From contig CAVQNN010000011.1 in NCBI GenBank assembly GCA_963714175.1, positions 111,686-175,685 on the forward strand: a stretch of DNA of 64,000 nucleotides, read 5' to 3'. Positions 10,045 through 21,299 of the stretch are shown piece after piece. Both the position numbers and the translations under genes were made by a program. Source of the stretch: an uncultured Actinomycetes bacterium. GTDB taxonomy: Bacteria > Actinomycetota > Thermoleophilia > RBG-16-64-13. Position 1 is the stretch's first letter, and each line of letters begins with the position of its first letter. The notes beneath the pieces were generated by a model. It saw nothing but the letters and a program-made list of their open reading frames with translations. It was not told the DNA's origin and made no database searches.

Positions 10045-10866
10045 CTACACAGCGGAGAGCACGATCACCAACAGGCCCAGAAGAACCGTGTAGATGGCGA
10101 ACACCCGAAGCCGATGCTCTTTGAGATAGCGCATGAGAAAGCGTACGGCCAGGAACCCCGATATCCCCGCAGCGATAGCACCCACCGCGTAGGCCCACCC
10201 ACTGGCCCCAGCCAGGCCCTCACCGATATCGGTGAGCTTGAACAGGAAGGCACCGCCGATCGCCGGAATGCTGAGCAAGAAGGAGAACCGCGCTGCCGTG
10301 GGCCGGTCGAAGCCCAGCAACACGCCGGCAGCGATGGTCGAGCCCGAGCGGCTCAGGCCGGGAGCGATGGCAAGCGCCTGGTAGCAGCCGACGATGAAAG
10401 CATCCCAGGCGCGCATCTTCTCGAGTCCGGCCGTCTTGCGTGCGACTCGGTCCAAGGCGAAATCCGAGCCCCAGAGGAGCAGACTGGTGACCACCAGGAA
10501 GATGCCCACCGCCAGAGTGCTGTCGAACAGGCCCTCGAAGAAGTCGGAGAGAAGGAATCCCGCGAACCCGGCAGGGATGGAGCCGATCACCAACCAGACA
10601 AAAAGGCGCCTCCAGTACTTGACCTCCTGGCGACTCTTCAACTGGCGGGGCGCGACTATCGAGAGCACGATGTTGCTCACGTCGCGGAAGAAGTACCCGA
10701 CCACAGCCACGAGAGTGGCCACGTGCACGAGTACGTCGAAGGCCAGCGTGGGCGCGGGGATGTTGAAGAACTCGGGTACCAGCACGAGATGGCCGGAACT
10801 GGACACAGGGAGGAACTCAGTCAGCCCCTGCACTATTCCGAGTATTAGAGCATCGAGGACGGTCAA
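10045..10866 (-). CDS. uppP: undecaprenyl-diphosphate phosphatase
   Basis: Intact 273-aa ORF. BacA/UppP motifs LGIVQGLTEFLPVSSSGH and PGLSRSGSTI are present, and the protein is multi-pass membrane. Confidence 0.9.
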   Translation of the reverse strand: MTVLDALILGIVQGLTEFLPVSSSGHLVLVPEFFNIPAPTLAFDVLVHVATLVAVVGYFFRDVSNIVLSIVAPRQLKSRQEVKYWRRLFVWLVIGSIPAGFAGFLLSDFFEGLFDSTLAVGIFLVVTSLLLWGSDFALDRVARKTAGLEKMRAWDAFIVGCYQALAIAPGLSRSGSTIAAGVLLGFDRPTAARFSFLLSIPAIGGAFLFKLTDIGEGLAGASGWAYAVGAIAAGISGFLAVRFLMRYLKEHRLRVFAIYTVLLGLLVIVLSAV

Positions 10867-10918
10867 GCCCTGGCCCGTTCCCTTTCCTTGCCGCGCATGT
10901 CGGCAGGGAGAATATCAC

Positions 10919-11512
10919 CTAGAAGGGCAGTATCCCCCGGCGAGAGAACCCGCGAGAGCCCAGACGGATGGCTCCCACGGCCACCGCCGCCTTGAGTACA
11001 TCGCCGAGAAGAAACGGGATAGCGCCCGCGATCACGGCCTGTTCCAGTCCTCCGACGTACAGAGCCAACCAGGGCACCCCGACGATGTAGATGGCCGCCT
11101 CGGCCGAAAGCGCCCCGCCCGCCAGCGCGGCCAGGTTCTTCCAGCTTCCGCCCCGTCCACGGACCGTAGTCCTAACGCGACTCGCGACCAGGCCCATCAG
11201 GAACGCCGCGGGCAGGAAGCCCAGCAGGTAGCCACCAGTGGGCCCCGCCAGGACGGCCGGCCCACCCAGTCCACCGTGAAAGATGGGGGCGCCCGTCATC
11301 CCAAGAGCCAGATAGGCCGCCACTGAGGCGACGCCCAGCCTGGGACCAAGGAGGCCGCCCACGAGAAGGACGGCCAGTGTCTGCATGGTCAGCGGCACGG
11401 GATAGAAGGGCACCGACAGCCATGCGCTGGCCGCCAGGATGCCCACGCCGGCCGTCACCAGACTGGCTTCGCGGATCGCCGGCCGGGCCAGAAAGCCGGA
11501 TCGGTTCGGCAA
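10919..11512 (-). CDS. bioY: BioY-family biotin transporter S-component
   Basis: 197-aa hydrophobic ORF with BioY motifs (PVPLTMQTLAVLL, GPTGGYLLGF). Confidence 0.85.
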   Translation of the reverse strand: MPNRSGFLARPAIREASLVTAGVGILAASAWLSVPFYPVPLTMQTLAVLLVGGLLGPRLGVASVAAYLALGMTGAPIFHGGLGGPAVLAGPTGGYLLGFLPAAFLMGLVASRVRTTVRGRGGSWKNLAALAGGALSAEAAIYIVGVPWLALYVGGLEQAVIAGAIPFLLGDVLKAAVAVGAIRLGSRGFSRRGILPF

Positions 11513-11644
11513 CTGCGGTCGATGACGAGATCGCCGTCGCTCTATGACTCCGGTTCATGCCACCGTCCTTTCGCTGCCCAGAGGTTGCCGGGCGCAGTGT
11601 ATCCAGCATCCGCGGGGGCTGTCAACCATGAGCGCCACGCGGGT

Positions 11645-12788
11645 TTACTGCGCCGTCGTTTCCGCGCCCCGCACAGTCACGTCGCCCGCGAAGACCGCGA
11701 CGGTCTCACCCGATGCGTCCCGCACCAGCAACTGCCCCTCGGGGCCGATGCCCAGCACCTCTCCGGCCACCAGCACTTCGTCCCGTGGCGGTCCCGACAG
11801 GACCTCCACCCGCCGCCCGGACAGAACATCACGGCGCCGTATGCCATCGAGAACATCGCGCCCGGCAGCTCCGGTCCAGCGCTCGGTCAAACGAGCCAGC
11901 AGCGCCGCCAGCAGAGGTCCGCGGGGAACCTCGCGGCCGAGATGCTCGCGCAGCGAGATCGGTTGGGGCTTTCCCACCCACTCCGTCCGAGTCTCCGCGG
12001 AGAGTCCGCTAACGAGATCCGCCGGGTCGCTGTTGACATTGAGTCCAATCCCCGCCACCGCCCACTGCAGACGGTCCGCGTCCATGGAACCCTCGAGAAG
12101 GATGCCGCACAGTTTCCTATCGCCCAGCAGAAGGTCGTTCGGCCACTTGATCCCCACCCGGCCCTCGAGACCGGGAATGTTCTCGAGGATCTCGGCCACC
12201 GCGAGGGCGGCCGCGAGGGAGAGCAGATGAGCCTGGGCAGGCGCCAGAGACGGACGGAGAAGGACGGAGAACGTCAGGTCTCTGCCCGCTCGGCTCACCC
12301 AGGTACGGCCCAGGCGTCCCCGGCCGCCGGTCTGTTCGTCGGTCACCACGACCATCCCGGAAGGCGACGAAGGCGCCACCTGCTTCAGAACCCGGTTGGT
12401 CGACTCGCAGCTGCCGAGATGCTCGAAGGGAAGGCCTGCGATCCACGGGGACTCAAGATCGGCCGACTCCAGCAGAAAGGGCAGCACGGCTTCGGCCGCG
12501 ACCAGGTCGGTGAATGGGCTCTCCAGCCGGTAGCCGGCGCCGGCGACCGGCACGATGGCGAATCCCAGCGAGCGCAGATGCTCAACGTGCTTGTGCACCG
12601 CCGCCCGCGACAGACCCAGCCTCTTCGCCAAGACCTCGCCGGAGAGGAGCCCAGCCGGCTCCGAGTCCGGTCCGGGGCAACGTCGCTGCAAGTTCGCCCG
12701 CCAGGGCGACTCTGTGGGCCAGCCCCTTCGCGACAAGGCCGCGCGCCACCGCGTCGTCGAGCCGGTCCAGGGCGTTGGCGCCGGTCAT
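11645..12788 (-). CDS. birA: bifunctional biotin--[acetyl-CoA-carboxylase] ligase / bio-operon repressor BirA (apparent N-terminal frameshift)
   Basis: ORF 11645..12736 has the HTH (LGLSRAAVHKHVEHLRSLG) and ligase core (GRGRLGRTW, KWPNDLL). A likely N-terminus (MTGANALDRLDDAVARGL…) sits in ORF 12582..12788 in another frame. Confidence 0.75.
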
Positions 12789-12909
12789 CGATAGCCGCGT
12801 TTGGAGGACGAAGACAGGCTAATATCGCCGCAAATCGCCATGGAACCTTTTTGGCGCCCACGACATCTGCTATCTTGTCTTGTCTTCAATTCCAGGAGTT
12901 TGACCCTTC

Positions 12910-14747
12910 TTGAACAATCAACGCCTCACGGAGAAACGCAAGCGGCGCCGTAAGCGACTCGCCGTGCTCATCGGCGTGGGGTCCGTCGTGGCCATCGTGG
13001 TGCTGGCTATCGTAATCGACTCCGCTCTCTACTACAACAAAGTCCACACCGGGGTCAAGGTCTCGACCCTGAGCCTCGGCGGCCTCACCCGCGATGAAGC
13101 CACTGCCGCCCTCACAAGGTGGGTCGAGGACGCTCAGGAAAGCCCTGTGGTCCTCACAAGCGGCGATGGCACCTGGCCCGTCATGCCCGAGGATGTGGGC
13201 ACGAAGATCGATATCGAAGGCGCGGTCTCTGCAGCCATGGACGTCAGCCGCAGGAGCAACTTCGTGGTCGACCTCTTCAAGCGCTGCAAGCTGTACTTCT
13301 GCCGACGAGGAGATCGCTCTCGCGGGAACAGTCGACAGCGCCAAGATGGACGAAGTCTTGGGCGCGATCGCCGAGGAGCTCGACATCCCGCCGGTCAACG
13401 CTGGGCTGGCAATCGACGGCGCCAAGATCAAGGTCATCGAAGGGCAGAAGGGCACCGTGGTCGATCAGGACTCCCTGCGCGAATCACTCAAGGCCGTGCT
13501 CTTCACTCTCCACTCCACCGAGCTGGAGATACCGATGACGGTCAAGGAGCCGGAGGTCCAGGCCGACGACACCCAGGCCGCGCGCGAGGCGGCTGAGACC
13601 ATGGTCAGCGCCTCCGTGAAGCTGACCAGCGGTGAGAAGACATGGACGTTGTCTCCTGAGGATATCGCCTTGTACATGGACTTCACGTCTGAGGATCAGG
13701 GCGGCGTGTCTACGCTGGTGCCTTACCTCTCCGCTGAGAAGATGGCTCCTTTCTTCGCCGATATCGCCGATGGAGTAGCGACGGAGCCGATCAGCGCCAC
13801 CTTCGACAGCGACGGGTCGAAGGCCTGGGTCGTACCAGGCGTCGTGGGAAAGAAGCTCGATGCCGAGAACACCGCGGTCGCCCTGACGGCTGCCGCTCTC
13901 GAGGCCACCGGACGAAAGGCCGAGGCGGCGGTGACGACCGCCGAGCCCGAGCTGACCACTGAGGAAGCCAAGGCCATGGGCATCGCGGACAAGCTGAGTG
14001 GCTTCACCACCGAACCGTACGCCGGCACCTCCGACAGGCAGCACAACGTCCGCCTCACCACCAAGCTAGCAAGCGACGTGTTCCTGGCGCCGGGAGAGGT
14101 ATACAACTTCCTTGAGCTGGTCGGGCCACGCACGGCGGAACGTGGATTCAAACAGGCTAAGGGCATCGTCGGGCAAGGTGTGCTGGAGGACGTTCTGGGG
14201 GGCGGCATCTGCCAGGTGTCCACCACCATCTTCAACGCCGCGTTCTTCGCTGGGCTGGAGATAGTAGAGAGATGGAACCACTCGCTCTACATCAGCCACT
14301 ATCCAAAGGGCAGAGATGCCACGGCCACCGGCACCCCCGAAGACGGGAAGAACTTGCGCTTCAGAAACGATACCGACCACTACATCTGGGTCCGAGGGGT
14401 CTCCGACGGAGTCACCACGACCTTCAACATCTACGGCACCTCCGATGGCCGCAAGGTGAGCCATACCACCAGCGACTTCTACGACAATGTGGCCCAGACC
14501 CAGACCAGCGTCACCAACACGTCGCTGGGTCCCGGGACGACCGTCATACAGAGCTCTGGTCAGCCGGGCAGGACGTGCACGGTCAAACGCACGGTCACCT
14601 GGCCGGATGGGACCTCGAAGACCGACAAGTTCGTCAGCAGATTCCCGATGTATCCGAAGGTGATAGAAGTGGGCAGCGGCGACCACAACCACCAGCACGA
14701 CGATCCCGGGCTCGAGCACGAGCACGACGGACTTCATCGAATTCTAG
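12910..14747 (+). CDS. VanW-domain protein with N-terminal membrane anchor (apparent frameshifts; C-terminus uncertain)
   Basis: TTG start at 12910. Basic N-terminus plus a TM helix. The frame switches near 13300 into ORF 13094.., which carries the VanW domain (GICQVSTTIFNAAFFAGLEI…RFRNDT). That frame has no stop until 15268, and a shifted Thr/Ser-rich tail ends at a TAG near 14745-14747. Confidence 0.7.
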
Positions 14748-14773
14748 GGTGTCTCGGGGCGCTCGGCGCCGCC

Positions 14774-15321
14774 TCAGACCTGGTAGTACGCTCCCCGCGC
14801 GCACGCCCGGCACAGGGTCTCACCGTTCTCGACCACCTCGCGCGCGTCCTGCACCTTCTCGCCGCAGCGCTCGCAGGTCACCGTGTGAGACGGGCTACCC
14901 GGTTTGTCTTCCTCGGGGATAGTCATCTTCACCGGAGTGCAGGTGAAGAGCTGTTCGTCGGCCCAGTCCTTCCACAGTTCCAGCGGATCGGTGTCCCGCC
15001 CGGCGTGCGGCACCTCCGGCCTGGGAGCCACTCGAACGGCACGCTCGGTGGCCAGATCGACGAAGGTAGCCGCCATCTTGCCGTAGTCGACCCACTTGAG
15101 ACGCCGCCGCCCGAGGGTCACTCCAGCGACCACGCTCACGGCGTCGCTGGCGCAGCGATCCATCTCGACGTAGACCAACAGGTCACGGTACGACTGGGGG
15201 TCGTCGATCCCCAGTTCGCGACAGCCGTAACGCGCCATGCGCACTCCCATAACCATCCCATGGCATAGGTGACCATGGAAGGCCTGGGCGGCCTCCAGAT
15301 CCTTCTCGAGAGAGCGCATGG
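14774..15321 (-). CDS. FmdE/FwdE-family (formylmethanofuran dehydrogenase subunit E-like) zinc-binding protein
   Basis: An internal ATG at 15321 gives MRSLEKDLEAAQAFHGHLCHGMVMG… plus C-terminal CERCGEKV…CRAC zinc-ribbon cysteines. The upstream part of the listed ORF is a non-coding-looking extension. Confidence 0.75.
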
Positions 15322-15336
15322 GCCGACCTCCTGGGG

Positions 15337-15906
15337 CTACTTGAATTCCAGAGTGATGACGTCCTTGACCCAGATCTTGCTTTCCAAGCCGGGGAGGACC
15401 ACGTTCACCTTGCCGTCGTCGCTGATGGCAAGCAGAGCGTCTGGGCTCCACTGGATGTCCATAAGGGAGATCTCGGTCACGAAACCGTCGGCGTGAGCAG
15501 TCATTGCAAGCCTGGAGGCGTCACTCTGGACGCCGAAGATGGTGAGCAGATCGCTGAAGCGTACGCCTCGATAGTCCTGCTTGCCCAGCGCCGGGTCATC
15601 GATGCTTATGGTAACAGGGCTCAGATCTTCCAGATCGGAGGCAGTCAGAGTCATGGGATTGTCGATCAGTCCCTTCACCTCGACGACGCCGGTCTCGCCC
15701 TCGGGGACCGTGCTGGTCGTGCCATCGCTGACGAGTGGCCCTGCCGCGGAAGCCGTTGTCGGGGTATCCGAACCGGCAGCCGTGGTCGGGGTGCCCGAAG
15801 CAGAGGTCGTGGTGGCCGAACCGTCGCAGGCACAGACAAAGACAGCCAGCCCGGCCAAGAGCAGCACGGCTGCCAGCACGAGATAGCGGGTTTGGCGGAG
15901 TGTCAT
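15337..15906 (-). CDS. lipoprotein with sulfite-oxidase-like molybdopterin-binding (Oxidored_molyb-like) domain
   Basis: 189 aa with a signal peptide and a lipobox LAVFVCAC, then a Thr/Ser-rich linker. The domain VKGLIDNPMTLTASDLEDL…GVRFSDLL…VVLPGLESKIWVKDVITLEF follows. Confidence 0.7.
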   Translation of the reverse strand: MTLRQTRYLVLAAVLLLAGLAVFVCACDGSATTTSASGTPTTAAGSDTPTTASAAGPLVSDGTTSTVPEGETGVVEVKGLIDNPMTLTASDLEDLSPVTISIDDPALGKQDYRGVRFSDLLTIFGVQSDASRLAMTAHADGFVTEISLMDIQWSPDALLAISDDGKVNVVLPGLESKIWVKDVITLEFK

Positions 15907-16099
15907 CCTCGAGTCTCCTTGTCGATCGTGTGCAGAGACGTTGGTCCCGTTGGTCCATAGAGCCCCAAGACTTTAGCATCGATGCTCGAGTCGGGCCGCC
16001 GCGGCCGGGGATACCTTGCGTCCACAACGGCGCACCGGTCACGCAGAAATCGTGGCCCGCACGGGAACCAAGCGCGTCGCAGTATCCGTCACCGTCTGC

Positions 16100-16339
16100 G
16101 GCGTGCCATCTTTGACGGCGTGAAGCCGTGAGTGCGTTCCTCGACACGCGCAGCCCTTGTTTTCGTTGTGTCCGAGGTCGATTGGTTGGTGCTATGCTTG
16201 GGTATATGGTCCTTCGGCACTGGAATGGGATTTCGATGGACGGGGGGGCGTAGACACCGCGCTCAAAGCTTCAAACAATCCGTTTCCAGAGTGGATGTCG
16301 ATTCGCTTTCACTAGTACACGGAATGGGAGGTCGGAAGC
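16100..16339 (+). promoter_or_regulatory. putative promoter and long 5' leader of SLH gene A
   Basis: 433-bp non-coding gap. A TTGACG -35-like hexamer lies at 16112-16117. There is a GGGAGG RBS before the ATG at 16340. S-layer genes typically have long leaders. Confidence 0.3.
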
Positions 16340-19300
16340 ATGAAGAGAAAGACGGTCCTGCTACTGCTGGTTCTGGGGGTTGCGATAGGAGTCCTTGTCG
16401 CCCCAGGGGTGGCCCTGGCGAGTTGGTCGGATATCAGCGACGCTGCCTGGGTCTCGCAATACGGAGTCACCGCGGCTCAGGTGGACACGGTGGCCGATGG
16501 CTACCCAGATGGGACTTTCAAACCAAGTGCTCAGGTGACACGGGGTCAGTTCACGAAGATGGCTGTGAACGGCCTCGGCGTGCCTGTTCTGTCGCCTTTG
16601 ACTCCCACCTTCTCCGACGTGCCGCGCACCCACATCTTCTACACCCACATCGAGGGAGCCAATGCGGCCGGGCTCGTGAACGGCGTTGGCGGGGGCCTCT
16701 TCACTCCGAGCGCGCCTATCTCTCGTCAGCAAGTGGCGACCATTCTGGCCCGCTGGCTTTCGGAAGCGGAACTTGACGCGCTTGGCTACATCGCCGGTCC
16801 GGCAGGTACACAGTACCCGAGTCTGAGCGCCTGGTATGCGGCTCAGGGCGCGACGGCGCTTGCGTCGTTCTTCGACCAAGCGAGCATCGCTACCGTTCAC
16901 AGGCCGGGAGTGGCCTACCTCGCCGCCAGAGGCATAGCTCAGGGCTCCAGCGGCTACTTCACTCCGATGTCTAACATCACGCGGGCGCAGGCCGCCGTGC
17001 TGGTACTGCGCGTTCTGGACGAGTCCGATGACTTCGCCGTTCTCACCCCCACGGTCACCGATGTCAATCCTGACAACGGTCCTGCCACAGGCGGCACCAC
17101 GGTGGTCATAACCGGCACCAACTTCACGGCCGGCGCGACCGTCAAGTTCGGGGCCGTTAGCGCTACCGGTGTGGATGGTCGACAGCGCGACGCAGATCAC
17201 GGCCGTCTCACCCGCCGGCACCGCCGGCACCACGGTGCAGGTCGCGGTAACCACCGGGGCCGGCACCAGTGCCAACACAGCGGCCGACAACTTCACCTAC
17301 AACGACGGCCCAACGGTCACCATCAACCAGGCGGCGTCTCAGGCCGACCCGACTCATACGTCGCCCATCAACTTCACCGTCGTGTTCAGCGAGACAGTCA
17401 CTGACTTCGCCACCGGCGACGTGACTATCACCGGTACCGCTCCCGGGACGTTGGTCGGAACCGTCACGGGTTCCGGCAAGACCTACAACGTGGCCGTCAG
17501 CGGGATGACTGGGAGTGGAACGGTGATCGCCTCGATCGCCGCGGGCAAGGCGCATAACGCAGCCGGCAAGCCAAATGTCGCCTCGACCTCGACCGACCAC
17601 ACCGTCACGTACGACGCCGGCCCAACGGTAACCATCAACCAGGCCTCGGGTCAGGACGACCCGACCCATACGTCGCCCATCGACTTCACCGTGGTCTTCA
17701 GTACGACGGTGACCGACTTCGACGACAAAGCTGACGTGACGATTACCGGCACCGCCGGCGGGACGAAGACGGTGGACCATCACCGGCTCCGGCAAGACCT
17801 ACAACGTGGCCGTGAGTGGGATGACCACGGACGGCACAGTGATCGCCTCGATCCCCGCCGGTGTGGCGAAGGACGCTTCCTCCAACACGAACGCCGCCTC
17901 CACGTCGACCGACCATACGGTTACCTGGACTCAGACCGGCCCGGTCATCACCTCGCTCACTGATTCCGCCGGCGGCGCTACCGAGAACAACACGGTGACT
18001 ATCAAAGGCACCGGCTTCGGCAACGACGAGGACGAAATAACGGTCATGTTCGGTGCCGTTGAGGCCCTGGTAGAGGATGTCAACAGTTCGGGCACGACAC
18101 TCGAGGTGGAAGCTCCCGACGGCGTGAACCACACCGTGGTGGACGTTCGGGTCATCACCGACGAGGGCACGAGCCCCAACACGCAGGCCGACGACTATGC
18201 CTACGGCGAGCCGGTGCTCACCTCTCTGGTACCCGCCTCAGGTGATACGACTGGCGGCAACAAGACGATCATTACCGGCACAGGCTTCACCGCCGACGCG
18301 AGGGTCTACTTCGACGGCGACCAGGTAAGCAGCTCCAAGGTCTCGGTCGACAGTCCTACCAAGATCACGGTGGTGGTACCGGCCGGCACCGGCACCGACC
18401 AAGTCACAGTCAGGAACGATCAAGGCTTGAGCAACGAGCTGGACTACGACTACGACGCCGATGCTCCCTACATCACCTCTCTCAGCAAGAACGCGGGGGT
18501 CGCTGGGGGCGGCAATACGATAACCATCAACGGCGGCAACTTCATAACCGCCGGGCTCGAGGTTTGGTTCGGAAGCGAACAGGTGCCCTCTGGCGACCTG
18601 ACGCGGAACAGCTCCACCAAACTCACCGTGGAAGTGCCGGGTGGTACCGCTGGTACAACGGTGGACGTCCAGGTCGTCACGGATGACGGCACCAGCCCAG
18701 ACACCCCGGCCGACGACTACGCCTACGGCAAGCCGACCATCACGGGACTTGATCCTGATGTCGGCGATCCTCTCGGCGGCACCGTGGTGATCATCACCGG
18801 CACCGGTTTCACCCTCGATTCGACTGTCACCTTCGGTGGCGTTTCGGCCGAGGTCGTGTCGGTCAACGCCACCAACACCCAACTCACGGTGATCGCCCCC
18901 GAGGGCGACGACGGTGACACGGTGGACGTCAGAGGTCACGAACGACGCGGGCACAACACCGACCCAGCGACGACGACTTCACCTATGACGCGGACTACAT
19001 CCGTCCCGACCGTTAGGCCCTCAGACCCGGACAGGGGCCCATGGCAGGCGGCACCGCGGTGACCATCACCGGCACGAACTTCTTCGACGGATCGACGGTC
19101 AAGTTCGGGACGAAGTCGGCCACGAGACGTCGTGGTGGTCAATGAGAACACCATCACCTGCGACGTCGCCGTCCGTACGCGCCGCCACAACATGCAGGTC
19201 AAGGTCACGAACGTCTACGGCTACAGCGTGAACATCTCGGCCGACAACTTCACCTACATCGCCGGCCCGACGGTCACCATCAATCAGGCCGTGGCCCAGG

Positions 19301-20876
19301 CCGATCCGACCGGCTGCGTCGCCGATCAACTTCACCGTGGTCTTCAGCGAGTCGGTGGCCGACTTCGCCACCGGTGACGTGACACTCACCGGCACCGCTG
19401 AGCGCGACCACCGCGACCGTCACGCCGGCTGGTCGCGGCACCACCTACAACGTGGCCGTGAGCGGGATGACCGGAGACGGCACGGTGATCGCTTCGATCG
19501 CCGCGGGTGTGGCGCACAACGGCGCGGCACAGGCGAATGCGGCCTCCACCTCGGACGACCACACCGTTACCTACAACAACGTCGGCCCAACGGTCACCAT
19601 CAATCAGGCCGTGGGGCAAGCTGATCCGACGGCTGGGTCGACTATCAACTTCACCGTGGTGTTCAGCGAGTCGGTACTCGACTTCGCCACCGGTGATGTG
19701 ACACTCAGCGGAGGTGCCGGAGCGACGACCGCGACCGTGACTGGTTCCGGCACCATCTACAACGTAGCCGTGACCGGGATGACCACGGATGGCACGGTCA
19801 TCGCCACGATCGGCGCAGGTGTGGCCCACAACGGAGCCGCGCAGGCCAACGCCGCCTCCTCCTCGACCGACAACACCGTCACCCGCGACACCACCGGTCC
19901 GACGGTCACCATCAATCAGGCTGTGGGCCAGGCCGACCCCACCAGCGCGTCGCCCATCAACTTCACCGTGGTGTTCAACGAGTCGGTGGCCGACTTCGCG
20001 GCGGCTGACGTGACGCTGGGCGGTACCGCCGGAGCGACGACCGCAATAGTCACCGGATCCGGCACTACCTACAACGTGGCCGTGAGTGGGATGGATACCG
20101 ACGGCACGGTCACTGCTTCGATTGCCGCTGGGGTTGCACATGACACCGCCGGCAACGCTAGCGGCGGCTCGACCTCAACCGACAACGAGGTCACCTGGAG
20201 CGACCCCGCTCCTACGGCCACTGTCGACGAAGCGGTGGGCCAACTCGATCCGACCAGCGATCCGGAGATCCTCTTCACAGTGGTCTTCAGTGAACCGGTC
20301 ACGGGCCTTGCTGCCGGCGACTTCAACGTTGGAGGCTCGGCGGCCAGCTCGGTCACAAATGTCGCCGGATCTGGTGCGACATACACGGTCACCGTGACCG
20401 CCACCAGTGCGGGCACCGTGACTCTTGACCTGCCTGGTGGCACGGTGGTTGACCTGGGCGGAAAAGCCAACACGGCTGCGACCCCCATCGACAACAGCGT
20501 CACTGAAATCCTTATGGGCGCTGACGTCGACACCGCCCAGTACAAGCTGGGCAACGCCGGAACCTGGACAGCCTTCCCCGGCGTCCAGACCCAGTTCTCC
20601 GCCACCTACGTCAGCGACACCGACCTGCGTGTGAGAGTGCTGGATCAGTTTGGCGACCCACTCCTCAGCACCAATGTCTCGGCGGTGTTTCCCCGCTATG
20701 AGCGAGCGGAAGTCCTCATTCCCCTCGTGAAGACGGTCATTGCGCCTGACAGCACTACTACCGATGGCGCGGGTTACCTCTACTGGAGCAACCAAGGCAC
20801 CGCCGGCGCCATGTACTACTTCGTCCGGCTGGGCTTGGATCTCGACGGCGTCCTCGGAGTGTTCGATGCCATCTGA
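16340..20876 (+). CDS. giant S-layer/cell-surface protein A: signal peptide, 3 SLH, IPT/TIG domains and about 106-aa Ig-like tandem repeats (about 1500 aa, multiple apparent frameshifts)
   Basis: The chain of ORFs 16340.., 17169.., 17806.., 19132.., 19452..20876 shares one domain logic. The N-terminus is MKRKTVLLLLVLGVAIGVLVAPGVALASWSDISDAAW and the SLH motifs match copy C. There are TIG motifs (TVVITGTNFTAGATVKFG) and repeats GPTVTINQA-x-QADPT…FTVVFSE…YNVAVSGMT-x-DGTVIASIAAGVA. The C-terminal domain is shared with copies B and C. Confidence 0.8.
17290..20530 (+). repeat. coding tandem repeats (period about 318 bp, about 106 aa; at least 6 copies in two blocks) inside SLH gene A
   Basis: Near-identical DNA blocks begin ggcccaacggtcaccatcaa(c/t)cagg… at about 17290, 17626, 19265, 19583, 19899 and 20210. 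They are interrupted by an IPT/TIG block at about 17800-19130. Confidence 0.6.
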
Positions 20877-20981
20877 TCCCTGTCTGAGGAAGCACAGTTA
20901 TCCTGGGGAGGACGCCTGATCCAGCAAGCGTGATCCCGTCAGGGCTCCCAGAAAGCCCTGATCAGGTCGACACCGACCACA

Positions 20982-21013
20982 AAGAGGCCCGCTCCGGCGG
21001 GCCCCTTTCCTTT
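20982..21013 (+). terminator. rho-independent terminator after SLH gene A
   Basis: GAGGCCCGC-TCCG-GCGGGCCCC hairpin followed by a TTTCCTTT tract. Confidence 0.7.
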
Positions 21014-21139
21014 GCCGGGCGTGTCGCGCCGGCGGGTGGCGCGGAACCTCAGGCGGCTTCGCTCTGTCTGAGCCTTGTGCGCCCGGACGCAGGGTTACCC
21101 ATGAGCAGGGCTTTGTGCGCCGGCGTCGAAGCGGTTTTG

Positions 21140-21299
21140 AACGAGGGTCACCGTTCTTGACGCTCGCCTTATGCGCTTCTGCGTAGTGTGACCGGGCGAC
21201 CGTGACCCTATGGTTCTTGCCTGCACAAACCGACGCGATGCGGGAATCGCTGCTGCTACCCGGGTAGCACTGCGGGAAATGGAAGAGGAGGAAGCGAGT
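21140..21299 (+). promoter_or_regulatory. putative promoter/leader of SLH gene B (shares a conserved leader motif with gene C)
   Basis: TTGACG at 21157-21162. The conserved leader ctgcgggaatcgctgctgctacccgggtagcactgcgg contains the palindrome GCTACCCGGGTAGC. A GAGGAGG RBS precedes the ATG. Confidence 0.3.

Noticed and set aside
9658-10848. 396-aa plus-strand ORF, and 8650..9951 minus 433 aa
   Set aside because: Both are alternative frames or antisense of the CE4-SLH and uppP genes. They are low-complexity.
11522-12913. 463-aa plus-strand ORF
   Set aside because: It is antisense to birA and is Arg/Pro-rich.
14748-15268. Continuation of the VanW reading frame to 15268
   Set aside because: This stretch is antisense to the FmdE-like gene. 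The lack of a stop is probably due to a frameshift near the VanW C-terminus, and a shifted frame gives a plausible Thr/Ser-rich end at 14747.
17290-20530. Tandem DNA repeats, possible CRISPR or satellite
   Set aside because: The period of about 318 bp is coding. The blocks are Ig-like protein repeats in frame within SLH gene A, with no spacer/repeat architecture. No CRISPR array is present in the window.
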